Shown here: piece by piece, positions 1-8,854 of the stretch
Layout: every line of letters begins with the position of its first letter
How positions within the stretch are numbered: the first letter of the stretch is position 1
Origin: an uncultured virus (IMG/VR IMGVR_UViG_3300022867_000010)
Lineage: Duplodnaviria > Heunggongvirae > Uroviricota > Caudoviricetes
IMG/VR virus record: IMGVR_UViG_3300022867_000010
Length of the DNA stretch: 20,000 nt
Strand: one strand, 5' to 3'
The notes under the pieces: generated by a model
Database searches by the model: none
Seen by the model: only the letters and a program-made list of their open reading frames with translations
What the model was told of the DNA's origin: nothing
Position numbers and translations under genes: made by a program

Positions 1-318
1 ATTAAGTTTTGGAATTCAGAAGAAGTGGTAATTCCTTATACATGTGCTACCGACCGGCGCAGGCATAGATATTTTGTCGATCTTTGGTTCGAGACCACGA
101 AAGGAAAGAAGTATCTAATAGAAATTAAACCAAACAAAGAAACTAAACCACCCAAAAAAGGGGTAAGACGTACTAAAAAATATATACGAGAATCAATGAC
201 GTATGCAAAGAATATGTCTAAATGGAATGCTGCCTCTGAATTTGCGTTAGACAATGACTGTGTATTCTTTATATGGACAGAGATCGAACTTAAGTCTCTT
301 GGCATTAAAATTATGTAG
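1..318 (+). CDS. gp4: Head completion nuclease (T4 gp4-like, TnsA N-terminal-type PD-(D/E)xK fold), 5'-truncated by the window edge
   Basis: Frame is open from base 1 (IKFWNSEEVVIPY...RYFVDL...LIEIKP...KW.AA...WTE.EL), matching gp4 family motifs; lies next to gp2. Confidence 0.88.
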   Translation: MKFWNSEEVVIPYTCATDRRRHRYFVDLWFETTKGKKYLIEIKPNKETKPPKKGVRRTKKYIRESMTYAKNMSKWNAASEFALDNDCVFFIWTEIELKSLGIKIM

Positions 319-350
319 CACATACCAACCTGCCTCGGCAGAACTTAATT

Positions 351-379
351 ATTATAACACAATAACTAACATTTGTCAA
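351..379 (-). promoter_or_regulatory. Sigma70-type early promoter pointing left, antisense to gp4
   Basis: Minus strand TTGACA (379-374), 17 nt spacer, TG-N-TATAAT (356-351); same layout as 11 other copies in the window. Confidence 0.75.
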
Positions 380-736
380 CCATTATCTGAAGCAAATTTC
401 TATAGTTTTAATGTCCAACCAGATCTGGTTTTATAATTAGGCCTGTTTAAAATTCTGCTAATCTGCCATTCCGATAGATTTAAATCTGCTACCATCTTCG
501 CTCTAGTGCCAGAAAATGAGGCACCCGATATATTGATTAATGTGTATATCTCTTCTGCTCTGCGCGCTATATACGCGATTCTGGCCATTGACATCTTTTG
601 TCTGGTTTCCTCTGATGCTTTTTTACCTTTCGATGCTATTGACATATTGCGCTTGGCTTCCTCAGAATGTCTTTTACCAGTTCTCGTTATCGACATTTTC
701 CGTTTAGTTTCGTCTGACATATTTAACGCAGCAGTC

Positions 737-843
737 CTCATACGAGCTTTTGTTTCGTCTGACTTGGCGTGGTGTAAACGCGCTTTTGTTTCGTCGGACA
801 TATTTAACTTAGCAATTCTCATACGAGCTTTTGTTTCGTCTGA
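737..843. repeat. 26-bp direct repeat encoding duplicated NUMOD3 units
   Basis: ctcatacgagcttttgtttcgtctga at 737-762 and 818-843, with a partial copy between them. Confidence 0.85.
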
Positions 844-1208
844 TCGCTTTCTACCTGTCCTTGATAATGACAGCTTTCTTTTATGTTCCACGGACTGAGG
901 TGTGCCCAAGGTATTAAACCCCGATGCAGTTGCTTTAGATCTATTATAAAATAAAGGATTTCTTGATACATTATGATCATTATGAAGATCTATTTCATTC
1001 TGGGAAGCTTCGTCTCTCGTATCAAATATTGAAATGATGATCTTTTCGAAAGATAACATACCTTGTATTGATATGGACTCATCAAGATATTTTGAAGAAC
1101 CCATATATGGATCATCTTCAGGTAAACATTTACAAGATCTGACACCGATGTAATATCGACATCTATCTGTGGGATGCAAATTAGTTATTAGATAGGTGTA
1201 GTGATAGG

Positions 1209-1216
1209 TATAAATA
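1209..1216 (+). promoter_or_regulatory. T4-type late promoter TATAAATA for the gp2 operon
   Basis: Exact TATAAATA upstream of late gene gp2, embedded antisense in the first codons of the endonuclease gene. Confidence 0.7.
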
Positions 1217-1295
1217 GAATTATGCATTTCAATATCTCAGTTATTGTGATGATAGAATCGGAAGGTTCTTCAACCACCTTCCGATTCGTTTCTAT

Positions 1296-1303
1296 TATTT
1301 ATA
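1296..1303 (-). promoter_or_regulatory. T4-type late promoter TATAAATA for the GIY-YIG gene
   Basis: Plus-strand tatttata about 70 nt upstream of the endonuclease ATG, followed by a 12-bp hairpin (1255-1287). Confidence 0.7.
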
Positions 1304-1348
1304 ACAAACCCATTTTGTGGACGATTACAATGGCAATAAAATAACAAT

Positions 1349-1936
1349 ATGAGTTCATTATTCGACAAACTACAATCCGCGGCCTTTAGAAAAGGAATCA
1401 CAGCGCGCACCAAAGAATCCAATGAGTGGTTTCGTGATCGTATCAAAGATATGGGCACGATTAATCGAAATCAATTGCTTAAGGATGAAAGATTGCAGAA
1501 ACGACAAAGATTTGGTGTAGGCAATCTTTATATGTTTTTCTATAATCCCAAACATCGTAAAACACTTCCTTATTATGATGCATTTCCTCTAGCAATTATG
1601 GTAGGGCCCGCACCAGACGGCTTCTACGGGCTTAATCTGCATTATCTACCACCTACGTTGCGTGCCAAATTGTTTGATGAGTTATTGACTATAGCCTCAA
1701 ATAAGAGATTCGACGAAACGACTAAGTTTAAGTTGACGTATGAATTATTGGCAGGAGTACAAAGGTTCAAATTATTCAAACCTTGTTTAAAGCATTATCT
1801 TACAAGTCAAGTACAGAAACCTGTGGCGTTGGTCGAGGCCAGTGAATGGGAATTAAGTATTTTCCTACCGACAGAAAGTTTCAAGAAAGCCAAGAATAGT
1901 AGAGTTTGGTCCGATTCGAGGAAAGCAGCAAAATGA
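1349..1936 (+). CDS. gp2: DNA end protector protein
   Basis: G.LYMFFYNPKH..TLPYYD.FPL...GF.GLNLHYLPP..R...KPCLKHYL...W...FLP motifs. Confidence 0.93.
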   Translation: MSSLFDKLQSAAFRKGITARTKESNEWFRDRIKDMGTINRNQLLKDERLQKRQRFGVGNLYMFFYNPKHRKTLPYYDAFPLAIMVGPAPDGFYGLNLHYLPPTLRAKLFDELLTIASNKRFDETTKFKLTYELLAGVQRFKLFKPCLKHYLTSQVQKPVALVEASEWELSIFLPTESFKKAKNSRVWSDSRKAAK

Positions 1937-2640
1937 GTATATTTAATCAGGTAAGAGATTATACAGGAGATGCAACAGGTCATTCAATCGATGCACTGAA
2001 ATCTGCTATAAGTAGGAAAGGTGGAGTTGCTCAGGCCAACATGTTTGGTATTTACATGAGTCAACCTTTTATCAATAGAGATCTTAACGCTATTGGGGCA
2101 AGTGTGCTTGCAGGTAATACAGACATAACACAAGTCTATAACGATCCACGGGATGTCTCATTTCTTTGTGAGTCGTGTTCTCTTCCTGGCAGAAGCATTG
2201 CAACTAACGATTATTCTACTTGGAATTCAAATGCAAAGAAAGTACCATACGGATTCATTAATGAAGATGTTACATTTACTTTTATTCTAACACAAGATTA
2301 TAGCATGAAGCGCTTCTTCGATAATTGGATGTCTAATATAATTGATTTTGATACAAGCAGAGCAAAATATCTTAATGATTTTGTAGAAGATGTTAATATT
2401 ATTCAAATGAGCAAGAATGGAACACCTATATACAATGTTCGTCTTATAGATGCTTATCCTATAACTGTGAATGCCATAGAATTAAGCACCGCATCAGAGA
2501 ACACGGTACAGAAATTGACCGTAACTTTAACTTACAAAAATTTTAAAGAGGAAGGATTGACAGACCTTGTTACCAACATTGGCAAATCATTAACCGATAA
2601 CACAAAAACATTGACTAACAGTGTGAAAGATTTATTTTAA
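1933..2640 (+). CDS. Tail tube initiator / tail-tube-like baseplate protein (gp54/gp19 family)
   Basis: CESCSLPG...KVPYG...V.FTF..D...FFDNWM...L.DAYP..V..I.L...LTVT..Y pattern. Start placed at ATG 1933 because it overlaps the gp2 stop (ATGA). Confidence 0.8.
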   Translation: MSIFNQVRDYTGDATGHSIDALKSAISRKGGVAQANMFGIYMSQPFINRDLNAIGASVLAGNTDITQVYNDPRDVSFLCESCSLPGRSIATNDYSTWNSNAKKVPYGFINEDVTFTFILTQDYSMKRFFDNWMSNIIDFDTSRAKYLNDFVEDVNIIQMSKNGTPIYNVRLIDAYPITVNAIELSTASENTVQKLTVTLTYKNFKEEGLTDLVTNIGKSLTDNTKTLTNSVKDLF

Positions 2641-2664
2641 ATAACTATATTTTGAGGATATATC

Positions 2665-3372
2665 ATGGCTTTACCAGTAATTACAGCACCAAAATACCAA
2701 TTGACAATACCGTCTACAGGTAAGAATATTGAATACAGACCATATTTGGTAAAAGAAGAAAAGATTTTAGTTCTGGCTCTTGAGTCTGAGAATTCTAATC
2801 AAATGATTAGAGCAATACGGGACATTATTAATATTTGCACCTTTAAAAATGTAGATGCAAACACACTCACAATATTTGATCTTGAATTTGTGTTTTTAAA
2901 ATTAAGAGCAGTGTCGGTAGGTGGTAGTACTTCTCTAAAGATAAAATGTGTTGACTGTGAATCATACACTGAAATAGATCTCAACCTCGATCATGTTAAA
3001 ATAAAAGGCGAAATGAAATCTGATGTAAAAATTCAACTCAACGATGATGTTGGCGTTATCATGAGATATCCAACAGTAAAAGGCACACTACTTGGTGCTA
3101 ATACCGCAGACACAGATGATTACTCTACAGCAATATCAACTATAGCCTCATGCATAGAGACCATTTATGATGCCGAGAATACTCACAGTGCGGATGCATC
3201 AACAAAAGAAGAACTTATTGATTTTATAGAATCGTTAAGTCAAGAACAATTTGCAAAAATTAACACATTTTTTAATGATATGCCTACATTGTCTCATGAT
3301 GTAGATTTTGATTGTAAATCATGTGGTACAAATAAGACAACTACGATTAAAGGCCTTCAGAGTTTTTTCTGA
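2665..3372 (+). CDS. gp26: Baseplate hub subunit / assembly chaperone
   Basis: MALP...P.Y.LTIPSTG..I.YRP.LVKEEK.L...FDLE..FL.LRA.SVG, CxxC pairs, C-terminal GLQSFF; GAGG RBS. Confidence 0.9.
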   Translation: MALPVITAPKYQLTIPSTGKNIEYRPYLVKEEKILVLALESENSNQMIRAIRDIINICTFKNVDANTLTIFDLEFVFLKLRAVSVGGSTSLKIKCVDCESYTEIDLNLDHVKIKGEMKSDVKIQLNDDVGVIMRYPTVKGTLLGANTADTDDYSTAISTIASCIETIYDAENTHSADASTKEELIDFIESLSQEQFAKINTFFNDMPTLSHDVDFDCKSCGTNKTTTIKGLQSFF

Positions 3373-3557
3373 TAGCCCTTTCTCATGAATCGTTAGTATC
3401 TTTATATAAAACAAATTTTGCTTTAATGCAACACCACAATTATGCATTAAGTGATCTAGATAATATGATACCATGGGAAAGGGAGATATATGTCACAATG
3501 CTTGCGGCACATATCGAAGCAGAAAATGAACGAATCGAAAAGGAAAATAGAAAATAA
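3369..3557 (+). CDS. gp51: gp51-like baseplate hub assembly catalyst, in the -1 frame relative to gp26; missing from the ORF track
   Basis: Translates LIALSHESLVSLYKTNFALMQHHNYALSDLDNMIPWEREIYVTML...RK*. MQHH.Y.L....NM.PWER.IY is the gp51 family motif. First ATG is at 3426 with no RBS. Confidence 0.8.
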   Translation: MIALSHESLVSLYKTNFALMQHHNYALSDLDNMIPWEREIYVTMLAAHIEAENERIEKENRK

Positions 3558-3844
3558 TGTCAATGCAAGATATGGACAATGACGGTAAAATTTCAAGCAA
3601 TGATCTTGAGTTAAATAAGATCATGCAAGAATTGGATAGAGCTGAAGAAAAAGCAAACGCGCAGATGATGATGGCGTGGATTGCTTTGATCATGACTGTG
3701 TTCTTCACGGGTATGCTTTTTACTCCTATTATATCAACTGACCGCATTGCCGCATTATCAAATGTTCTTGATTGGTTTTATATAACTCAGGCATCCATCG
3801 TGTGTGGATTTATGGGCGTTACTGCCTATGCAAATAGGAAATAG
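3557..3844 (+). CDS. Small two-TM membrane protein with an N-terminal EF-hand-like loop (possible holin)
   Basis: Two hydrophobic segments, basic C-terminus, DMDNDGKISSND loop; TAATG coupling to the gp51 frame. Confidence 0.6.
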   Translation: MSMQDMDNDGKISSNDLELNKIMQELDRAEEKANAQMMMAWIALIMTVFFTGMLFTPIISTDRIAALSNVLDWFYITQASIVCGFMGVTAYANRK

Positions 3845-3846
3845 AC

Positions 3847-5607
3847 ATGGCAGAATCAACATTAAAAGACATTTCAAAACAACTTGCTGAAGAAGGATCT
3901 CATAACAGAGAATCTTTAGAGTCCGTTAAAGAAGTAATTATGAAAAGCGCGGCCGCTACGTCTTTGGGCCCGTCCGCAAGTTCTCGCGCTATAAATGCAT
4001 TTATTACGGGTATGAAGCAGGACAACCTTGCCAACATCGAAAGAGCAAATGAATCTGCCAGAAGAGCAGAAGCTGTAGAAGATGCAGTTAAGGAGAACAC
4101 AAAAACATTATCTGAGGAAATTTCAAACATTGACACATCTTTTGATTTGGGGTTTGCCATTCCTACATTAATTGCAGGTATACTTGGTACACTAGTCGGC
4201 GTGTTGTCTGGCGCTCTTATAGGTGGAATATTAGGTGCATTTAAGGAAGCAAAGCTTTGGGGCAAACTTATAGACAAATTAACGGGTGGTGTTATTTCAA
4301 GAATGCTCGCTGCTTTTAAGATTCAAAACATTCGAATGGTGTTTATGGGTCAGATGGGCAAAATATCTACGGCACTTGGAAACGTTGGCGCTACTCTTAC
4401 TTCCATTGTAGATAAATTTAAAACCTTTGGTGCTAGCATAAAAGCATCTATAGGTAATAGCAAAATTGCAAAGTTTATTATGGGTGTCGGTGATTTTATA
4501 ACAAAACAAGCAACTGAAATTAAAAACACATTTGTAATAGCCAAGACTGCTATTACTGGATTATTTTCTGGCATTGGTGGCGGTGGTGGTGGCGGTATTT
4601 TCTCCACGATAAGCAAAGGCTTTGGTGTAGTAACAAAATTTCTTGGTGGTTTTGCCTCTTTGTTCAGTGGCATAGGAACAGTTGCAGGAAAAGTTGCAGG
4701 TTTTGTAGGCAAGATATTTTTACCTTTACGTGCTGTTATGGTATTATTTGATACAGTAATGGGTGCCTGGGATGGGTTTCAAAAAGAAGGTATACTTGGA
4801 GGCATCAAAGGAGCAATAAAAGGTTTGTTTAAAGGTTTAATTGGAAGTGTATTAGACTTAGTAAAAGACGGCATTTCTTGGGTTGCTGAAAAGTTTGGAT
4901 TTGGTGAGATTTCCGCAAGCTTGGATAGTTTTAGTTTTAGCGAGGAATTCGATAAAATTATAGACGCGGTTTTTGCCGTTGTTGGAGATGCTTTTAAATG
5001 GATATCTGGTATATTTAGCGGAGTTAGTAAATCCTTTATGGGTGCCGTTGATTCCTTTGTTGCATTTGATACAACAAAATTTCTGGCAGATATGGGTGCC
5101 AGTATTATGTCTGTTGTTAATAAACTTGTGGATAATGTTATTGGATTATTTAAAGGGTCGGGTAGCGCAATAATGGATGCAGTTGGTAACATCGGTGATA
5201 TGTATAGAAATTTTTATGCATCTATACTTAGATTTATATTACCAACCCCTAACGCAAATGCAGAATGGTACGACATTGGCAATCTTATATCAAAGGTAAT
5301 ACCAGAAAGTGTTTATAAGTTTGCAGGTCTAGACAAAACTACGGGAGAAAGAGTACCGATGGAAAGTATTATGGATATGGTACTTCCTAATACAGACATG
5401 GTACCTTCTCAGATTGCTGGAGATACAGTATCAACATTGTCAAGAAGCATGGCAAGCCAACAAGCACCGATTGTTGTCATAGAAGGATCTAAGGGTGCTA
5501 AGGCAGGCGATAATAATAGTGATAACAGCATCAACTCTTTTTATGGTTCTAGTGCTGCTTCGACAGGTAAGAATTTTACAGGGCGATCTTTAAACAGAAA
5601 ATACTAA
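3847..5607 (+). CDS. Tape measure / baseplate hub protein (gp29-like)
   Basis: 586 aa, Gly/Ala-rich amphipathic repeats with periodic F/W, located after gp26/gp51; length similar to T4 gp29. Confidence 0.7.
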   Translation: MAESTLKDISKQLAEEGSHNRESLESVKEVIMKSAAATSLGPSASSRAINAFITGMKQDNLANIERANESARRAEAVEDAVKENTKTLSEEISNIDTSFDLGFAIPTLIAGILGTLVGVLSGALIGGILGAFKEAKLWGKLIDKLTGGVISRMLAAFKIQNIRMVFMGQMGKISTALGNVGATLTSIVDKFKTFGASIKASIGNSKIAKFIMGVGDFITKQATEIKNTFVIAKTAITGLFSGIGGGGGGGIFSTISKGFGVVTKFLGGFASLFSGIGTVAGKVAGFVGKIFLPLRAVMVLFDTVMGAWDGFQKEGILGGIKGAIKGLFKGLIGSVLDLVKDGISWVAEKFGFGEISASLDSFSFSEEFDKIIDAVFAVVGDAFKWISGIFSGVSKSFMGAVDSFVAFDTTKFLADMGASIMSVVNKLVDNVIGLFKGSGSAIMDAVGNIGDMYRNFYASILRFILPTPNANAEWYDIGNLISKVIPESVYKFAGLDKTTGERVPMESIMDMVLPNTDMVPSQIAGDTVSTLSRSMASQQAPIVVIEGSKGAKAGDNNSDNSINSFYGSSAASTGKNFTGRSLNRKY

Positions 5608-6062
5608 GTAGATTTTGCTTTTTCAAAATGAGGGCCGTCTATAAATGGGCGGCGTCCTTGAGATACTCTTAATGAAATATACGCGAAGTGTTCATCTTCC
5701 ATCGAATTCGGAGATTTTGTGATATCGGGTAAATGCCAAGCACCGCCCCATCGTAATGGTTTCTTTGCCTTGATAGCCGCAGTTTTCATCGCTTCTGCTA
5801 TAGTCCAATAGGTGGACATCTCCCAAGAGACTTCTCCACCAATGTACCCGACAACATCAAATGCTTCGCCAACGATGTGTTTTGATTTCATGGTGGTTGA
5901 CGCACCACGCGCTACTAATTCCTTTTGACGTTGCTTCGTGCGAAGTCCTTCCGTGACCCCAAAATCTAATTCAGTAATCTTTATTGCATTCTTTACAACT
6001 TCTATTAGATCATCATCAACACCCTTAAGTTTGTCAAGTGATCGCTTCGATAGTTTAAACAT
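5604..6062 (-). CDS. Endolysin, M15 family L-Ala-D-Glu peptidase
   Basis: F.LS.RS...L.GV..DL...DFGVTEGLRT..RQ..LV..G.S.TM.SKH..G.A.D...LRWGG.W...F.DGPHFE; AGGAG RBS. Confidence 0.92.
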   Translation of the reverse strand: MFKLSKRSLDKLKGVDDDLIEVVKNAIKITELDFGVTEGLRTKQRQKELVARGASTTMKSKHIVGEAFDVVGYIGGEVSWEMSTYWTIAEAMKTAAIKAKKPLRWGGAWHLPDITKSPNSMEDEHFAYISLRVSQGRRPFIDGPHFEKAKST

Positions 6063-6075
6063 AATTGTCTCCTAT

Positions 6076-6101
6076 AAAAATGGGCCCCGTTTCCGAGGCC
6101 C
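6076..6101 (-). terminator. Intrinsic terminator after gp32
   Basis: Minus strand GGGCCTCG-GAAA-CGGGGCCC-ATTTTT. Confidence 0.85.
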
Positions 6102-6107
6102 TAGCAT

Positions 6108-7016
6108 TTAACTATTTGCTAATTTTGCAAAATAGTCCATTGTATCGTCATCATCGGCAGGATCATTATTGCTTGCCTCTGGTTTCGATTTTTGCTCTGC
6201 AGCTTCCTTTGATTTAGGCTCTGGAGCATCCATTTGATCTTCCGTTGAAATCGCTTCTGCGGTAGACATTGGAGCTGTTGCACCAAGAACACGAGCCAGT
6301 TTTGCCTTCAACTCAGCATATGGCTTGAAATTCGATGGGTCGGTGTATTTTGCCAACGGTTCAAGTTTACCATAAAACTCTTCAAGTTTTGCATCATCAC
6401 CCTTTAGAAAAGGTGACGCAGCAGCAAATTCTGACTTATCATAATTTACCCAACCTTCGACCTTTCGGATTTTGACTTTAAAATCCGCACCACCCCAGAA
6501 ATCAAATGGGTTAACCGCTTCTTCGTCATCAAATTCTGGTTGCATAGAATCCATGATCTTATCAAAGATTTTCTTGCCGAACTTGTATTGCATAATTTTG
6601 CCTTCGTTGGCAGGATTAGCAGCATCAGCAACTACGAAGATGTTTGCAACATAATGCAACCTACGTTTTTGCTTACGAGCAAGTTCTTTGTCGTCGTCAG
6701 CACCAGTTGCCCACAATCTAGAGTTGTGTTCGGAGACAGGGTCGTCTTCACCTAGTGTTGTACGAGAGTTTTCGATATACCATTGACCTGTAGGTCCTTG
6801 AAATCCGTGGTCCCAAAAACGCACCCATGGCAATTCTTCGCCTTCGGCAGCAGGGAGGAAACGAATAACCGCGTAACCATTGCCCGACTTATCTCGAGTT
6901 GGTTTCCAAATGTTATCATCTCCATAAGACTTCTTTCCACCACCAACATTTTCAGCGGCGGCGGTCATGGCTTTAAGTGCATCAGCACGAGACTTTTTCA
7001 TATTACTAAACGACAT
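6108..7016 (-). CDS. gp32: Single-stranded DNA-binding protein
   Basis: WKP..DK.GNGYAVIRFLP...HGFQGP.G.WYIENS...KFGKKIFDKI...NPFDFW.GA.F..KI...NYDKSEF; acidic tail ending YF.KLA. Confidence 0.97.
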   Translation of the reverse strand: MSFSNMKKSRADALKAMTAAAENVGGGKKSYGDDNIWKPTRDKSGNGYAVIRFLPAAEGEELPWVRFWDHGFQGPTGQWYIENSRTTLGEDDPVSEHNSRLWATGADDDKELARKQKRRLHYVANIFVVADAANPANEGKIMQYKFGKKIFDKIMDSMQPEFDDEEAVNPFDFWGGADFKVKIRKVEGWVNYDKSEFAAASPFLKGDDAKLEEFYGKLEPLAKYTDPSNFKPYAELKAKLARVLGATAPMSTAEAISTEDQMDAPEPKSKEAAEQKSKPEASNNDPADDDDTMDYFAKLANS

Positions 7017-7113
7017 TTAATTTACCTTTATTTTATTATTGCAGTGTATTACAGTGTATTATTCAATGTATCATTATATAGTGTATTATATATACAAATT
7101 GAGTAACAGTACT

Positions 7114-7142
7114 ATTATAACATAAACAGCACCGTTTGTCAA
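7114..7142 (-). promoter_or_regulatory. Sigma70-type promoter for gp32
   Basis: TTGACA (7142-7137), 17 nt, TG-N-TATAAT (7119-7114). Confidence 0.8.
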
Positions 7143-7154
7143 CATATAGTTAAG

Positions 7155-7739
7155 TCAAAAAATTTGAATAATATCTTTTTTTATCTTTTCAGATAATGTT
7201 TTGCTCATAATGAATGGAGTATAGTTCTTTATCTTTGCAGACAATTCTGGCCAGAGTATAGTATCAACCACTTTTTTGTTTGCGTGATCGACAAAGCCAG
7301 TCAGACTGTTTAAAACAACTACCGTCTCTAACAGCACTTCTTTCGACAAATATTCATGTATAATAGAAGGATAAGTTTTACCTTCCATACTTAAAACCGT
7401 GTCGAAGTTGGTGTATTTAGATTCCATCTTATATAAGTCTTGCTTGATATTATAACTCAATGACTCATTAACTTTTAACCAATTTTGATATTCCTCCTCG
7501 TTATTTAACATATCACCAACCCACTTGCAATCATTTACAAAGTGGGCCACATAGTATTTGATTAACTCTTCCTTATCATCAAAGCGCTTCGCAACCTTTG
7601 CAAAGAAATATTTGTCTTTTCTTTTCCAAAAAGACTGTTGTGTTGCACTAGTTTTAAATCGATACTTGATAGCATCGTATTTAGATGTAAAATGCAACTT
7701 CAGCGCGTTATGATAAGAATAAGCATCAAATGATTCCAT
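7155..7739 (-). CDS. gp59: Helicase loader
   Basis: FDAY....ALKLHF...YD..KY.......F.KRKDKYFF.K...LET.V.L...W......KI.NY.PF; syntenic between gp33 and gp32. Confidence 0.92.
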   Translation of the reverse strand: MESFDAYSYHNALKLHFTSKYDAIKYRFKTSATQQSFWKRKDKYFFAKVAKRFDDKEELIKYYVAHFVNDCKWVGDMLNNEEEYQNWLKVNESLSYNIKQDLYKMESKYTNFDTVLSMEGKTYPSIIHEYLSKEVLLETVVVLNSLTGFVDHANKKVVDTILWPELSAKIKNYTPFIMSKTLSEKIKKDIIQIF

Positions 7740-7975
7740 TAGACAGGTAATGTGTTACCGCCCTTGATGTAATTTAAACGCACCGCCTCACCTTCAAGTT
7801 TATCTTTAACAATATCAGATAAGAACTTGTTAGCATCCTCGGGATACAGTTCATGCTTTTCACATAACATTAGGATAGCATCCATATATCCCATTTTGTT
7901 TTTTGTGACCTCGTGTTCGACCATAGAAGAAAATTTCTTCTTGGTGATCATTTTTTCCTCTACGGCGGCTATCAT
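7739..7975 (-). CDS. gp33: Late transcription co-activator
   Basis: FS..VE..V......YMDAI...CE........K......K.KLE.EA..LNY.K....LP; synteny with gp59 and gp32. Confidence 0.9.
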   Translation of the reverse strand: MIAAVEEKMITKKKFSSMVEHEVTKNKMGYMDAILMLCEKHELYPEDANKFLSDIVKDKLEGEAVRLNYIKGGNTLPV

Positions 7976-8241
7976 TCAGGTAACATCGTAGAAAATTCAG
8001 TTACATTGTCAACCCTAAAGGATCTCCAATCTTCCGCTACAACGTCATAGACTGCAAGAACTTTATCGGTGCGCGCCGCCTTTTCCTTTTGTGGAGCTAT
8101 ATTGGGAGTTGGCGCAGGTGGAATTGAATCCGAGTTTAAGGTACATTCCATAACCCGAAGATCCCCATTAACTTTGGTGAATGTTACTTTGCAGTTTGAA
8201 CTTCTCAGTTCAGACACCATTTCTTCTCTTGTCATTATCAT
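7972..8241 (-). CDS. Small Sm-like / WYL_2-type domain protein
   Basis: V.FTKV.G..R.M.CTL...V.D.....WRSFR.D motif. Confidence 0.75.
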   Translation of the reverse strand: MIMTREEMVSELRSSNCKVTFTKVNGDLRVMECTLNSDSIPPAPTPNIAPQKEKAARTDKVLAVYDVVAEDWRSFRVDNVTEFSTMLPE

Positions 8242-8270
8242 TATATTGCCTATTTGTTTGTAGTGTAACT

Positions 8271-8299
8271 ATTATAACACAGATAGCATCAATTGTCAA
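8271..8299 (-). promoter_or_regulatory. Sigma70-type promoter
   Basis: TTGACA-17-TATAAT with extended -10 TG. Confidence 0.8.
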
Positions 8300-8302
8300 T
8301 CT

Positions 8303-8440
8303 TTATTTGAAATGTCTATTCAGATACGGCACTTTGCCATCTATTGTTATTATTTTTGTCACTTCGTTTGTGTGATTGTTGGGATGTTCTCTCAATGCAG
8401 GTATTCGGTCTTTGGATAATCGAATCTTTACATTACCCAT
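8303..8440 (-). CDS. Hypothetical protein (45 aa)
   Basis: GGAG RBS before ATG 8440; overlaps the end of the upstream ORF. Confidence 0.5.
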   Translation of the reverse strand: MGNVKIRLSKDRIPALREHPNNHTNEVTKIITIDGKVPYLNRHFK

Positions 8441-8663
8441 TATGTTTAACTCCTGTATTGAATTCTTGAGGGCCTTCGGTGGTGAATTCCATACCAGCAA
8501 TATTGCCGACATAAGTTTTACCATTCCACCGCATATGAATTTTGTTATGTGCAATGAATGCATTTAATGATTCACCCACCTTTACATTATCCACCTCTGC
8601 CTCAACCGCTTTATCATTGCGAGTGTTTATGATTATTGCTGTCTTTGCAAAATATGTGCTCAT
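8433..8663 (-). CDS. Hypothetical phage protein
   Basis: ATG 8663 overlaps the upstream stop (ATGA); co-oriented gene string. Confidence 0.7.
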   Translation of the reverse strand: MSTYFAKTAIIINTRNDKAVEAEVDNVKVGESLNAFIAHNKIHMRWNGKTYVGNIAGMEFTTEGPQEFNTGVKHNG

Positions 8664-8854
8664 AGAGAATTCATCGCTGTGTAACATAATGCAGTTGCAA
8701 ATGCACCTAACCAATGATAAATGTTAAGTTTATACCCACGGTCGTGAATAATCGATCTGATCAAAGTGGCGATAATTACAGGCACCAGTGAAAAGAAAAC
8801 CAACAGAACAACAATGTTGATAATATACGGAAGCAAAATTTCTAATAAACTCAT
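8660..8854 (-). CDS. Hypothetical membrane protein
   Basis: Hydrophobic segments; ATGA-coupled on both sides. Confidence 0.65.
   Translation of the reverse strand: MSLLEILLPYIINIVVLLVFFSLVPVIIATLIRSIIHDRGYKLNIYHWLGAFATALCYTAMNSL

Larger units (their letters stand above)
400..1227 (-). mobile_element. Free-standing GIY-YIG (Seg-like) homing endonuclease with NUMOD3 repeats
   Basis: YTYLIT...YYIGVR...YMGSS GIY-YIG domain; repeated (H/M)SDETK.(K/R)M NUMOD3 units; inserted in opposite orientation between gp4 and gp2. Confidence 0.9.

Noticed and set aside
400..1227. Group I intron around either GIY-YIG gene
   Set aside because: Flanking genes are intact and no intron core is visible; both look free-standing.
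6700..6800. gp32 lacks the zinc-binding cysteines of T4 gp32
   Set aside because: The ENS.TTLG..DPVSE variant is common among non-enteric T4-like phages.
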